A stretch of 63,338 nt of DNA, the filler included. It is 4 parts of 4 records of this genome, joined end to end, with 100 filler letters (N's around TTAATTAATTAA, not from the genome) between each part and the next. Parts side by side here need not be neighbours in the genome. Positions count along the whole stretch, not along the records: positions 11,640 to 40,790 come from SRR20825006_1781; 3 more parts are not named here. One strand, written 5' to 3'. The notes below the pieces were generated by a model. It saw only the letters and a list, made by a program, of their open reading frames with translations, searched no databases and was not told where the DNA came from. Shown here in pieces: positions 29,246-38,595 of the stretch. The translations under genes and the position numbers were made by a program. Position 1 is the stretch's first letter. Each line of letters starts with the position of its first letter.

Positions 29246-29932
29246 ATGAGCAAAGTGCACCCGTTTGAGATGCCCGACTGGGCCGTTGAGCGCATCAACG
29301 CCCGCCAAGGTCGCCTGCATGTACACGATTCCCTCCCTGCGGATCGGACCGCTCTGGTCGTGGTCGACATGCAAAACTATTTTCTTGATCCGCAAAGCGG
29401 TGCCAGTGTGCCCAATGCACGGGCCATCGTCGGCAACATCAACCGGCTGGCCAAGGCGTTACGCCAAGCGGGCGGAACCGTGGTCTGGATCAGAACGCTC
29501 TACACCGAACAGGCGCTGGCCGAGATCCCGCATTTTCATCAAACCTTGCTGACGCCCGCGCGGTTCGAAACCCGTTGTGCCGCGTTGGAGCGCGAGGCCG
29601 AAGGTTCGCAAATTTGGCCTGCTCTTGATGTACGCGACGAGGATATGATCGTCGAAAAGACCCGCTATAGTGGGGTGATCCAAGGTGCAGGCGATTTGGA
29701 ACATAGGCTGCGCGCGGCGGGTATTGAGGCGATTTTGGTGGGAGGAACCATGACCAATGCCTGTTGTGATTCCACCGCGCGGGACGCGATGATGCTCAAC
29801 TTTCGGACAACTATGGTGCATGATGCCTGTGCCTCCCTGCGCGATGACGAACACGCCTTTGCCTTGATCAATTTCGCGCTGTTCTTTGGTGATGTGACGA
29901 ATACGACTACATTGATTGAACGCTATAGCTGA
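29246..29932 (+). CDS. Isochorismatase-family cysteine hydrolase (RutB/NicF-like amidohydrolase)
   Basis: Asp-Lys-Cys triad: VVDMQNYF, EKTRYS, TNACCDSTARDA. Confidence 0.88.
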   Translation: MSKVHPFEMPDWAVERINARQGRLHVHDSLPADRTALVVVDMQNYFLDPQSGASVPNARAIVGNINRLAKALRQAGGTVVWIRTLYTEQALAEIPHFHQTLLTPARFETRCAALEREAEGSQIWPALDVRDEDMIVEKTRYSGVIQGAGDLEHRLRAAGIEAILVGGTMTNACCDSTARDAMMLNFRTTMVHDACASLRDDEHAFALINFALFFGDVTNTTTLIERYS

Positions 29933-29982
29933 ACGAAAGAGAGGGGCGTTTTGACCACGACACCTTACACAGGCAGCCCAAC

Positions 29983-30750
29983 ATGAAACTGGCGCTGTTT
30001 CAATCCGCGCCAGCCGACCATTCAGTTGAGCGGACAGAGGCGCTTTTGCACACGGCGGCACGCCAAGGTGCCGACGTGCTTGTGCTGCCCGAATTGTTTT
30101 TTCCCGGATACAATCGGCCCGATTTACATCACGCCGAGGCTCAGCCGATCGCGGGCGCTTGGATGGATGATCTGCGCGCGCGGGTGGCGGGCACGGGATG
30201 TGCGTTGGTGTTTGGTTGGGCCGAACGGTCAGGATCAACAGTCTATAACGCGGCAAGCTGCATAGGTGCAGATGGCGCGATTTTGTCGCATTACCGCAAA
30301 GTTCAGCTTTTCGGTGACATGGAGCGTGCGAGTTTTACAGCGGGCGATCACCTATCCCCGACCTTCCAACTTGCCGGGCGCAGATGCGGGATATTGATCT
30401 GTTATGACATCGAGTTCCCCGGCCATGCTGCAACACTGGCGCGCGCCGGAGCGGAGGTCCTTTTTGTCCCAACCGCCAATCCCGCCGGCTATGAACACGT
30501 CCAAGACGTGCTGGTCCCGGCCCGCGCCCATGAAAGCCGCGGCTTTGTCGCCTATGCCAACTCGTGCGGCGCCGAAAACGGCATACAATTTGGCGGCGGA
30601 TCGGTGATTGCCGGGCCCGATGGGCGCGCGCTGGCGCAGGCAGGTCGTGACGAGACGCTTTTGATCGTTGATCTGCCGAAACTCACAGACTATCCGCCGG
30701 AAGCCCTGTCAATGCAGGGGACTGAGTTTCGCCCTGCCCCGATAAAATAA
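29983..30750 (+). CDS. Carbon-nitrogen hydrolase (nitrilase superfamily amidase)
   Basis: Glu-Lys-Cys triad: LPELF, YRKVQLF, ICYDIEFP. Confidence 0.9.
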   Translation: MKLALFQSAPADHSVERTEALLHTAARQGADVLVLPELFFPGYNRPDLHHAEAQPIAGAWMDDLRARVAGTGCALVFGWAERSGSTVYNAASCIGADGAILSHYRKVQLFGDMERASFTAGDHLSPTFQLAGRRCGILICYDIEFPGHAATLARAGAEVLFVPTANPAGYEHVQDVLVPARAHESRGFVAYANSCGAENGIQFGGGSVIAGPDGRALAQAGRDETLLIVDLPKLTDYPPEALSMQGTEFRPAPIK

Positions 30751-30790
30751 GGCGCTTTCTCGGGCAAGGGGACCCCGAAAAAGCGCCTTA
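30748..30790. terminator. Hairpin between convergent genes
   Basis: TAAGGCGCTTTCTCGGG...CCCGAAAAAGCGCCTTA inverted repeat. Confidence 0.6.
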
Positions 30791-30813
30791 GAGAGACCGT
30801 CAAGGGATACGGT

Positions 30814-31857
30814 CTATTCCGCCGCCGCCGGATGAACATGGCGTTTGTTGTAGCGCAGCGAAGAGACAAGCGAGAGCAGGATAAAGCCTGCACCGATCAG
30901 CCCGGTGATCACCTCTGGGATATGCACGAGGCTTTGCACGAACATCACGCAAGACAACACAAACACCGAATAGAACGCCCCGTGTTCGAGATAGCGAAAC
31001 TCGGTCAGCGTTTCCTTTTCCACCAACATGATCGTCATCGAGCGCACATACATCGCGCCGATGCCCAGACCGACAGCGATGAGAAACAGGTTCTGCGTCA
31101 GGGCAAAGGCCCCGATCACCCCGTCGAAACTAAAGGAGGCATCCAGCACTTCGAGATACATGAACGCACCGAACCCGCCCGCCGCCATCATCGGCCCACG
31201 ATCAAGAACATGCCCAAGCGTTTCAACGGCAATAAAGGCCACCAAGCCCGCAATCGCAGCGACCAGAAATGAGCCGCGTTCCGCCTGATCAAGAAACCCT
31301 GAGATCAGCAAGACAATGAGCAACACCAAACCAATCGCCACTCCACGCACGGACGCCCACCTGCGCAAAAGATTTTCGAGCGGGCGCAGCCAATCGACCT
31401 CCTTGTCGGGGTCGATAAAATAGTTCAACGCCACCATCATCAAAAACGTCCCACCAAAGGCCGAGATCGACAGATGCGCTGCCCCAATCAGGCGCGCATA
31501 TTCGGAAGGTTCGGTGGCGGCCAAGCGAATGGCCTCGATCGGACCAATTTTGGCGGCGATAGAGACAACAGCCAGCGGAAAGATGATCCGCATGCCAAAG
31601 ACGGCAATCAGAATGCCCCAAGTCAGAAAGCGCCGCCGCCAGACGTCGCTCATATCTTTGAGTTTATTGGCATTCACGATGGCATTGTCGAAGCTCAACG
31701 AGATTTCCAGAACTGAGAGAATAACCCCAATTGTAGCAAAGGCGATCATGCCGGAGACCCGCCCGGTATAGGCCCAGCCGAGCCAGATACAGAGCCCAAT
31801 CCCGATCACGGTGACGGCAAAGCTCCAGCGAAAATATTTGAATATGGACGAGGACAT
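30814..31857 (-). CDS. DUF475 (TerC-superfamily) membrane protein
   Basis: LEISLSFDNAIVNA, GILIAVFGMR, YLEVLDASFSFDGVIGAFA, YLEHGA. Confidence 0.88.
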   Translation of the reverse strand: MSSSIFKYFRWSFAVTVIGIGLCIWLGWAYTGRVSGMIAFATIGVILSVLEISLSFDNAIVNANKLKDMSDVWRRRFLTWGILIAVFGMRIIFPLAVVSIAAKIGPIEAIRLAATEPSEYARLIGAAHLSISAFGGTFLMMVALNYFIDPDKEVDWLRPLENLLRRWASVRGVAIGLVLLIVLLISGFLDQAERGSFLVAAIAGLVAFIAVETLGHVLDRGPMMAAGGFGAFMYLEVLDASFSFDGVIGAFALTQNLFLIAVGLGIGAMYVRSMTIMLVEKETLTEFRYLEHGAFYSVFVLSCVMFVQSLVHIPEVITGLIGAGFILLSLVSSLRYNKRHVHPAAAE

Positions 31858-31905
31858 GGTGCCTCGATCCCCCTGTGTTGCGAGCGCGTGCAAAGGCGGC
31901 TCTGG

Positions 31906-32955
31906 TTACAGATTGTGAGCGAAGTGAAAGCTATCCACATAGATGTGGTTGACGCTCGCCCCGGCTTCAAGAAACCGCCCACGTGCCGCGCCGATCATCG
32001 CCGGCGAGCCGCACAGATAGAGCGCATGTTCTGACAGATCGGGCAGATCTTCGAGCACCGCATCCTGGACATAGCCTCGCCGCCCCGACCAGCTTTCTGC
32101 GGCACGCGACAGGACCGGAACAAAGGTGAAATCCTCCAACGCCGCGCCCGACATGGCGATCTCATCGGCGAGGTAAAGCTCGCTTTCCTCGCGCATCCCC
32201 CAATAGAGCGCGACGGGTGGACAGTCCGGATCGCCCTTAAGCGCCGCAAGCATGGCGCGCAGCGGCGCGATGCCCGTGCCTGTGGCGACCAAAACGAGCG
32301 GACGAAAATCATCGAGACGCAGGCGGAACAGCCCATGCGGTCCATGCAGCGCCACGACCTCCCCGCATTTGAGCGCCGGGACGATGCCAGCGGTGAACAT
32401 TCCGCCGGGGATGGTGCGGATGTGCAATTCGATCATGGTCTCATCTGGCGCTGAGGCAATCGAAAACGACCGCGTGGCACCGCTCTGTGTGACCACATCC
32501 ACATATTGCCCCGGAAGAAACGCCGGCATGCCGCCAACAGGCGACAACCGCAGCCGGGTAATGTCACCGCAAACCTGATCGACGGCCAAAACCTGAGCCG
32601 TGATTTGGGACGGTTCGGGGCGATCTGTTGGCATCAACGGCGCTTCGATCACGAGGTTGGTTTGCGCCCGCGCCTGACAGGCCAGCGCAAAACCGCATCC
32701 GCGCTCCTGGTCGCTCAATCCAATGGGATCATCCGCATAGGCGACACCGCCCTCCAAAACCCGTACCCGGCAAGAGCCACAGAACCCGGTCTTGCACTCA
32801 TGGGCCAACTCAATCCCGGCGTTCAAAGCCGCCGCGAGCACGGATTCATGTGGCTGGACCGGAAAGGTTTTGCCGGTTTCGGCCAGGGTCACATGCAGAG
32901 CCGCAGTTTCCGACGTGCCCTCTTCGACTTTGTGAACTGCGCGAATGATAGTCAT
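31906..32955 (-). CDS. [2Fe-2S]-FAD-NAD(P)H oxidoreductase (oxygenase reductase component)
   Basis: CKTGFCGSC...LAC, RSFSIAS, GTGIAP, YLCGSP.MI. Confidence 0.9.
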   Translation of the reverse strand: MTIIRAVHKVEEGTSETAALHVTLAETGKTFPVQPHESVLAAALNAGIELAHECKTGFCGSCRVRVLEGGVAYADDPIGLSDQERGCGFALACQARAQTNLVIEAPLMPTDRPEPSQITAQVLAVDQVCGDITRLRLSPVGGMPAFLPGQYVDVVTQSGATRSFSIASAPDETMIELHIRTIPGGMFTAGIVPALKCGEVVALHGPHGLFRLRLDDFRPLVLVATGTGIAPLRAMLAALKGDPDCPPVALYWGMREESELYLADEIAMSGAALEDFTFVPVLSRAAESWSGRRGYVQDAVLEDLPDLSEHALYLCGSPAMIGAARGRFLEAGASVNHIYVDSFHFAHNL

Positions 32956-32962
32956 GATGGCC

Positions 32963-33442
32963 TCACTTTTTGATGTCGGCGGCGACAAGAACCTCATGCC
33001 CTTGCGGGCTCAAAAGATCGGACAGGGCTTGCAGCGCCGCAACGCCCGCGGCTGTGTCCTGTTCGCCATTGCCGCCCGACAGGCCAACGCCGCCAACGAC
33101 CTCGCCATCGACGACAATCGGAAAGCCGCCAACGAAAACGGCGAACTTGCCTTCAAAGGACAATTGGATACCAAACGCCTCATTGCCCGGTAGCGCCGGA
33201 CCGTTGGGGGCCTTGTTGAACAGATGGGTCGAACGTTTGTGCGTGGCCGCCGTAAAGGCCTTATTCCAACTGATTTGCGGGCCTGTGACGCGCGCACCAT
33301 CCATACGTTCGATCAGGATCGGGAATCCCCCATCATCCGCGATGCAAATTGTTTCGAGCACCCCGATTTCTTTGGATTTTTCAACAGCGGCCGCGATCAT
33401 CACGCGCGCCTCTTCGGACTGAAGTCTGAGGACAGTTTTCAA
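32963..33442 (-). CDS. GlcG/HbpS family heme-binding protein
   Basis: ERMDGA, KAFTAA, GGFPI..DGEVVGGVGLSGG..EQD; TTG start. Confidence 0.88.
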   Translation of the reverse strand: MKTVLRLQSEEARVMIAAAVEKSKEIGVLETICIADDGGFPILIERMDGARVTGPQISWNKAFTAATHKRSTHLFNKAPNGPALPGNEAFGIQLSFEGKFAVFVGGFPIVVDGEVVGGVGLSGGNGEQDTAAGVAALQALSDLLSPQGHEVLVAADIKK

Positions 33443-33480
33443 TGGATCATCTCTTGAGTTGTGCGATTGTAACTTTTATT

Positions 33481-33744
33481 TTGTATACTGTTTTCAAAAA
33501 TATCCCCCTTATGCAACTTATTTTTGGCAAAATAAGTCAGAAATCCCCCAAATGGCTCATCATATGTCATTTTTTTAGTATACCAAATTATGGAAATTTT
33601 TAAAACGAAAGCGCCGGAGCTGACGCGAGCACCTCTGTCCTGAGGATGAAAATCGCGATTCCCGCCGGTCACCTCAAGTACTGCCCCAAAATCCGATCAT
33701 GCCGCCTCACGACTTGGCAAGCCGCTTTGGTATCTGGTATACAA
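33481..33744. promoter_or_regulatory. Three GTATAC-core sites in the glcG/gntR divergent region
   Basis: TTGTATACTG (core 33483), AGTATACCAAATT (33578), TTGGTATCTGGTATACAA (33737). Confidence 0.6.
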
Positions 33745-33806
33745 CTTCATGAAACGCGCGCGGCCCACCCCGACCGCGCGCCACAAAAGAGACGGCAGGA
33801 CAACAG

Positions 33807-34460
33807 ATGACAGTGGCTCTGGGAGACGCGCACACACCATTGACGAAAATGGTCAAGGATGCGCTACGCCAACGGATTTTGAACGCCGAATTCGAAACCG
33901 GCGCCCGCCTTGTCGAAGGTCGGATTTCCGAGGAAATGGGCGTGTCGCGCATGCCCGTGCGCGAGGCGTTGCGGGAACTGGCCGCCGAAGGTCTGGTCAA
34001 GATCATTCCCCGGCGCGGGGCGACCGTCTCGATGCCCGCGCCCGATCAGAAAATGGAATTGATCGAAGTGCGCGCGACGCTTGAATCGCTCAATGCCAAG
34101 CTCGCGGCCAAGCGCAAAGACCCAGAGCGGATCGCCGAATTGCAGCGTGTTCTTGCGGCGGGCGAAAACGCCATCGAAGAGGGTGATTTTAGCCAAATCA
34201 GCGCCCATAACGACGCGTTTCACACCGCACTTGGCCAGGTGTCGGGCAATGCGACCCTTCAGGACCTGATCCGCACGCTGCGCGACCAAACCGCGATGCT
34301 GTTTAAGCAAGATGACCCGGTGAAAGTGTCAAAGAGCTGGCAGGAGCACGCCGACATTCTGCGCGCGGTGATTGCCGGAGACGAAGAACTTGCAGCCCTT
34401 TTGGCGGCGCGCCACGTGTATAATTCGGTCGACACGCCGGAGGCGACAGACGAGGTCTAA
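33807..34460 (+). CDS. GntR (FadR/FCD) transcriptional regulator
   Basis: wHTH GVSRMPVREAL..L.AEGLV...PRRG; FCD residues NDAFH, EH. Confidence 0.93.
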   Translation: MTVALGDAHTPLTKMVKDALRQRILNAEFETGARLVEGRISEEMGVSRMPVREALRELAAEGLVKIIPRRGATVSMPAPDQKMELIEVRATLESLNAKLAAKRKDPERIAELQRVLAAGENAIEEGDFSQISAHNDAFHTALGQVSGNATLQDLIRTLRDQTAMLFKQDDPVKVSKSWQEHADILRAVIAGDEELAALLAARHVYNSVDTPEATDEV

Positions 34461-34477
34461 GGCCCCGCAGATCCACC

Positions 34478-35227
34478 TCAAAATGCCGCCCGCAGCAAAA
34501 GCCCGACCGCGCTGAGGGCGGACAGCCCCAAAAGCACATGACGGATCGCGCCTTTTGGCACATGCCGCGCAAGGTGTGTTGAAACGGTGAAACCCAAAAG
34601 CAGCGCAGGCAACAACAACAGACCCAACAGCAGTTGATGTAGGCCAAAGCGCCCCACCGACGCCAGCAACAACAACGATGTTGTCGCACCAAAAAAGAAG
34701 GTGAAATTCAGCGTCGCCCGCAAGGTGGCGGGGGCCGCGTTTTGCATGACGATCGCATAGGGCGGCGCGCCCGAAGAGGTGATCGTGCCCATAATGCCCG
34801 ACGTGATCCCAGCCGCCCCCAACGTGCGCCAATTGGCAACGATCCTCAGGCCACTATAGCTCAGCGCCACGCCCAATAAGATCAGCACCGCGAAGAGAAT
34901 GTAAAAGCTTGTCGCACTCAACAGTGTCATCACGGCCACGGCGATGAAATTGCCAATCACCCGGCCTGTGATCATCATGCCCGCCGATTTGTAATCGATC
35001 GCGGAGCGTTCGCGCAGAACCACCATGACCGACAGGCATCCCCCCAGAACCAGCAGCGGGCCGGGTGCCATTTCCGGGAAAAACAGCGCCGACAGCGGGG
35101 CCGAGAACATGGCAAAGCCCAAGCCCCCCACGCCTTGGAGAATGGCGGCGACAAAGACCATCGCCACCATGCCCAAGACATGCAGGGTCAATAGATTTCC
35201 GCCGATCAGATCGTGGACAAACTCCAT
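34478..35227 (-). CDS. TauE/SafE family membrane protein (sulfite exporter family)
   Basis: About 8 hydrophobic helices; QGVGGLGFA and GIMGT.TSSGAPP repeats. Confidence 0.8.
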   Translation of the reverse strand: MEFVHDLIGGNLLTLHVLGMVAMVFVAAILQGVGGLGFAMFSAPLSALFFPEMAPGPLLVLGGCLSVMVVLRERSAIDYKSAGMMITGRVIGNFIAVAVMTLLSATSFYILFAVLILLGVALSYSGLRIVANWRTLGAAGITSGIMGTITSSGAPPYAIVMQNAAPATLRATLNFTFFFGATTSLLLLASVGRFGLHQLLLGLLLLPALLLGFTVSTHLARHVPKGAIRHVLLGLSALSAVGLLLRAAF

Positions 35228-36673
35228 TCAGCCCCCCAGGTAGACGCTTTTGATCCGGCTGTAGAAGTCCATCACATTGGCCCCGCCTTGCTCTTTCGCG
35301 CTTTGATTGGAGGAATGTTTGAACCCGCCGAAGGGGGCGTTGAGCGCCACACCCGTGGTCGGGCTGTTGACCTTGACCACACCGTGCTGGGTTTTCTGCG
35401 CAATTTTGAGAATGGACGCCATGTCATTGGACACAAGGGAAATGGCCAGACCGTATTCGGTATCATCCGCGATCTCGATCGCCTCATCGACGCTATCGAC
35501 AGCTCGCACAGCCACGACCGGCGCGAAAATTTCGTCGCGCAAAAGACGGCTGTCTGCAGGCACGTCAGCGATCACGGTCGGACGGATAAAGAAACCATTG
35601 GCGAGATCAGAAGAGGCCTCGGGCAAACCGCCGGTGGTGATCCGCCCGCCTTCCTGCTTGGCGATGCCAAGGTAGGCTTTGACCTTATCAAGCTGCGCAC
35701 TGGTGGCCAGTGGCCCCATCGTCACGCCCTCGCGCGTGCCCGCACCGATGGTGATCCCAGCGGCGGCGGCCGAGAGTTTCTCGACCAGCGCGTCATAATG
35801 GCTGCGCGCCACAAGCACGCGGCTCGTGCCGGTACAGGCCTGACCCGTCAGACCAAAAGCGCCGCGCCGAATGATGTCCACCGCGCGATCCAGATCGGCA
35901 TCTTCCAACACCACGGTGGCGTTTTTGCCGCCCATTTCCAACTGACACCGGGTATCTGTGGTCAAAGCGGACGCGATTTGCATCCCCACCCCGTAGGATC
36001 CGGTAAAGGTCAGCGCGTCGATCCCCGGCGTCGAGGTGATGGCCTGGCCCACGGTGGCGCCGCGACCGTGAATAAGGGCGATGAGGCCTTTTGGCAGCCC
36101 CGCATCCAACAACACCTCAACTAGGCGCTGACCCATCAAGGGGGTCATTTCGGACGGCTTGAAAATCACCCCATTGCCCGCCGCAAGCGCAGGCGCGATT
36201 TTGCGCGCCGCCATCGACAGCGGGAAATTCCACGGTGTGATCACAGCAACAACGCCCACAGGCTGGCGCAACGTCAATGCGATTTGCCCCTCAGGCATCG
36301 GGAAACTTTCGCCCTTCAAACGCAGCGCCTCCCCCGCATAAAAGCGAAAGTTGGCGGCGATCCGGCTGGTTTCATTGCGCGCCTCAGTGAGGGTCTTGCC
36401 CTCCTCACGGGTCAGTTCCGCGGCAATGGCGTCAATGCGCGACGAGATAATATCGGCCGCTTTGTAAAGCACATCCGCCCGCGCCTCTGGACCTTTGGCG
36501 GCCCATGCCGGCCACGCGGCGGACACGGTTTCGACGGCGGCGGCCACATCCTCCATCCCGCCATTCGGAAACAGGCCGATGAGGTCGGTTTGGTCGGCGG
36601 GATTGCGGTTTTCAAACGTCTCGCCGGAGAGGGCCGGAACCCAGTCCCCGCCAATAAAATTGAGATAAGACAT
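35228..36673 (-). CDS. NAD(P)-dependent aldehyde dehydrogenase
   Basis: ITPWNFP, FTGS, LEMGGKN, GQACT (catalytic Cys), EIFAPV, PFGG.K.S. Confidence 0.93.
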   Translation of the reverse strand: MSYLNFIGGDWVPALSGETFENRNPADQTDLIGLFPNGGMEDVAAAVETVSAAWPAWAAKGPEARADVLYKAADIISSRIDAIAAELTREEGKTLTEARNETSRIAANFRFYAGEALRLKGESFPMPEGQIALTLRQPVGVVAVITPWNFPLSMAARKIAPALAAGNGVIFKPSEMTPLMGQRLVEVLLDAGLPKGLIALIHGRGATVGQAITSTPGIDALTFTGSYGVGMQIASALTTDTRCQLEMGGKNATVVLEDADLDRAVDIIRRGAFGLTGQACTGTSRVLVARSHYDALVEKLSAAAAGITIGAGTREGVTMGPLATSAQLDKVKAYLGIAKQEGGRITTGGLPEASSDLANGFFIRPTVIADVPADSRLLRDEIFAPVVAVRAVDSVDEAIEIADDTEYGLAISLVSNDMASILKIAQKTQHGVVKVNSPTTGVALNAPFGGFKHSSNQSAKEQGGANVMDFYSRIKSVYLGG

Positions 36674-36700
36674 GTTTGCCCCTTGTGTCGCGCGGCCCGT

Positions 36701-37021
36701 TCAGGCGCGCTTTTGCGTTTCTTTTAAAGGAGGTTCGCCCCAGGACACTTTGACATCGCCGCGCACGAAGGTCTGGCAGGCCATGCGAAACCCATTGGCC
36801 ACATCCTCGTCAGTCAAATGTTTGCGCTCTTTGGCTTTCACGTCGTCGGTATGTTCCAACCCCTCGACCACCTTGCAGCGACAGGTGCCGCAAAATCCGC
36901 CACCACATTTGAACGGAATACCGCCCTTTTCGCGCAGCGAGGCGCGCAAAAGATTGCTGCCCGCATCGACAGAAATGGTTTTGTTGTCGTTGGGAATAAA
37001 GGTGATGTTGATCTTATCCAT
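36701..37021 (-). CDS. [2Fe-2S] ferredoxin
   Basis: CGGGFCGTC...RMACQ. Confidence 0.9.
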   Translation of the reverse strand: MDKINITFIPNDNKTISVDAGSNLLRASLREKGGIPFKCGGGFCGTCRCKVVEGLEHTDDVKAKERKHLTDEDVANGFRMACQTFVRGDVKVSWGEPPLKETQKRA

Positions 37022-37082
37022 GGCCTGTCTTTGTGCGTTCTATGATTTGGTCAGGCGACCGGGGGAGACGATTTGGCGCGGC

Positions 37083-37376
37083 TCACACGGCGCGCAGCTC
37101 GATATCCATGCTGCCGAAATGGGTCAGAACATTCAGTTCCGCCCGCGCCTCTTTGACCGTGTCAAAGGACTCGAACATTTTGCACGGCACCTTGTTGACG
37201 ATATGCGGCGGCTCGTCTTCGACGATGGTGATGCGGTCGGCATCGACGATCTCGGCAATGGTGAAATTTGCGCGCTTGCGACCATAAAAAATGTAATCAT
37301 AGGATTCGATGAGCACGACGCCATCGCCCATGATTGTGCGGAATTCATCGGGTTTGGTGGTCAGAATGACATACAT
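37083..37376 (-). CDS. Small acidic protein of unknown function (97 aa) between two ferredoxins
   Basis: Starts MYVILTTKP after a GAGG RBS; co-directional; only one Cys, so not an Fe-S protein. Confidence 0.75.
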   Translation of the reverse strand: MYVILTTKPDEFRTIMGDGVVLIESYDYIFYGRKRANFTIAEIVDADRITIVEDEPPHIVNKVPCKMFESFDTVKEARAELNVLTHFGSMDIELRAV

Positions 37377-37432
37377 GAGACAGCCCTCGGCAAGGATAAA
37401 GGAAGCACCGCCCCTTGGGGCGATACAAAGAC

Positions 37433-37726
37433 TTAGACGTCTTGTGCGAGTTCGATATCTTCGGTGACCCAGAGCTGACACGCGAGGCGGTAGCCCTCGT
37501 CCAATCGTTCACCAAGTTGGCGTTTCTCTTTCCAGTTTGGCGGCTCCAAATGGTCCGCCCCGGCCAGAATGCGACAGGTACAGGTCGAGCATTTGCCCAT
37601 GCCGCATTTATAGGCCAGATTGGGGAACGGAAACTTACGGATTCCGGCGCTGACCACAAGGTTGGTTTTAGGCGCAACGTCGCCCTCAAACACCTCGCCG
37701 CCCTTGTGCAAGATAACTTTTGGCAT
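37433..37726 (-). CDS. [2Fe-2S] ferredoxin
   Basis: CGMGKCSTC...RLACQ; start set at MPKVILH. Confidence 0.88.
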   Translation of the reverse strand: MPKVILHKGGEVFEGDVAPKTNLVVSAGIRKFPFPNLAYKCGMGKCSTCTCRILAGADHLEPPNWKEKRQLGERLDEGYRLACQLWVTEDIELAQDV

Positions 37727-37778
37727 GAGATTTTCCGGCTGGGAGAGGCGGGCCGAAACCCACCTCTCAGGGGTCAGA

Positions 37779-38510
37779 TCAGGCGGCGAGGCCCAGGTCG
37801 GAGAGCGGGATTTCTGCGCCCACATACTCATTATAGAGTGCCGTGGTATAAAGCAGACGCATCTGCGCGCCGATTTCACAGATTTTCAAACATTTCTGCT
37901 GAAGCTCATAGGTGCGGGCGTGTTCCAGAACGATCTGATAGCCGCGCTCGCCGTGGATTTCATCAGAGACGATGTGCAGATCGAAGAATTCGACCTCTTC
38001 GTCGGTGAAACCGTATGTGTCGCGCAATGTCGGAGTTTGCTTGCGGTAGATCGACGGCACCTGGCTTTCGAGACCCACAACAAGGCCCGCGATGGCAACG
38101 ATCGGATCTTCGCGCATCGCCACAGTGTAGCACCACGCCTGAAGTGCACGTGTGGTGGCGGTCATGTTGTCCGGGTTGAGGATGCGCGCGCGATTTGTGC
38201 CACAGGCTTCGCCAAAACGGATCAAAAGATCGGTGTGACGATCTGCCGCCAGCTCTTCTTCATACATGTTCTGAAGCATGAAATCTTTGGCTTCTTCGAA
38301 CTCTGCGGGAAGGCGTGCGTAGACATATGCGAGGTATTCGGCGAAGGGGCCGACATAGTGATAATGGTTTTCACACCAGCGCGCGAGATGGTCGCGCGAC
38401 AGTTTTCCGCTCGCCCAAGCAAGGCTAAACGGGGACGCGTTGGCGGTGTTGCCCTTGATGGCTGTTTCGAGGGCTGTGCGTAGTTCATCGGGATTCAGGA
38501 CTTGGCCCAT
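37779..38510 (-). CDS. Heme-oxygenase-like di-iron oxidase (CADD/PqqC/TenA fold)
   Basis: NMYEEELAADRH (E..H), GLESQ (E) and HIVSDEIH (H-x3-D-x2-H) give a CADD-type 3His/3-carboxylate ligand set; GGAG RBS before MGQV. Confidence 0.85.
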   Translation of the reverse strand: MGQVLNPDELRTALETAIKGNTANASPFSLAWASGKLSRDHLARWCENHYHYVGPFAEYLAYVYARLPAEFEEAKDFMLQNMYEEELAADRHTDLLIRFGEACGTNRARILNPDNMTATTRALQAWCYTVAMREDPIVAIAGLVVGLESQVPSIYRKQTPTLRDTYGFTDEEVEFFDLHIVSDEIHGERGYQIVLEHARTYELQQKCLKICEIGAQMRLLYTTALYNEYVGAEIPLSDLGLAA

Positions 38511-38595
38511 TTCCGTCTCTCCGTGTTGGTTTTTATCTGTGCGGGACCCTGCCGACACCAGCAGATTGCAAGAGTCTTTGAGCTCCTATAGTCAC

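Noticed and set aside
37779-38510. PQQ biosynthesis (pqqC) or thiaminase II (tenA)
   Set aside because: No pqqA/B/D/E or thi genes on the contig; the CADD-like di-metal ligand set and ferredoxin partners point elsewhere.
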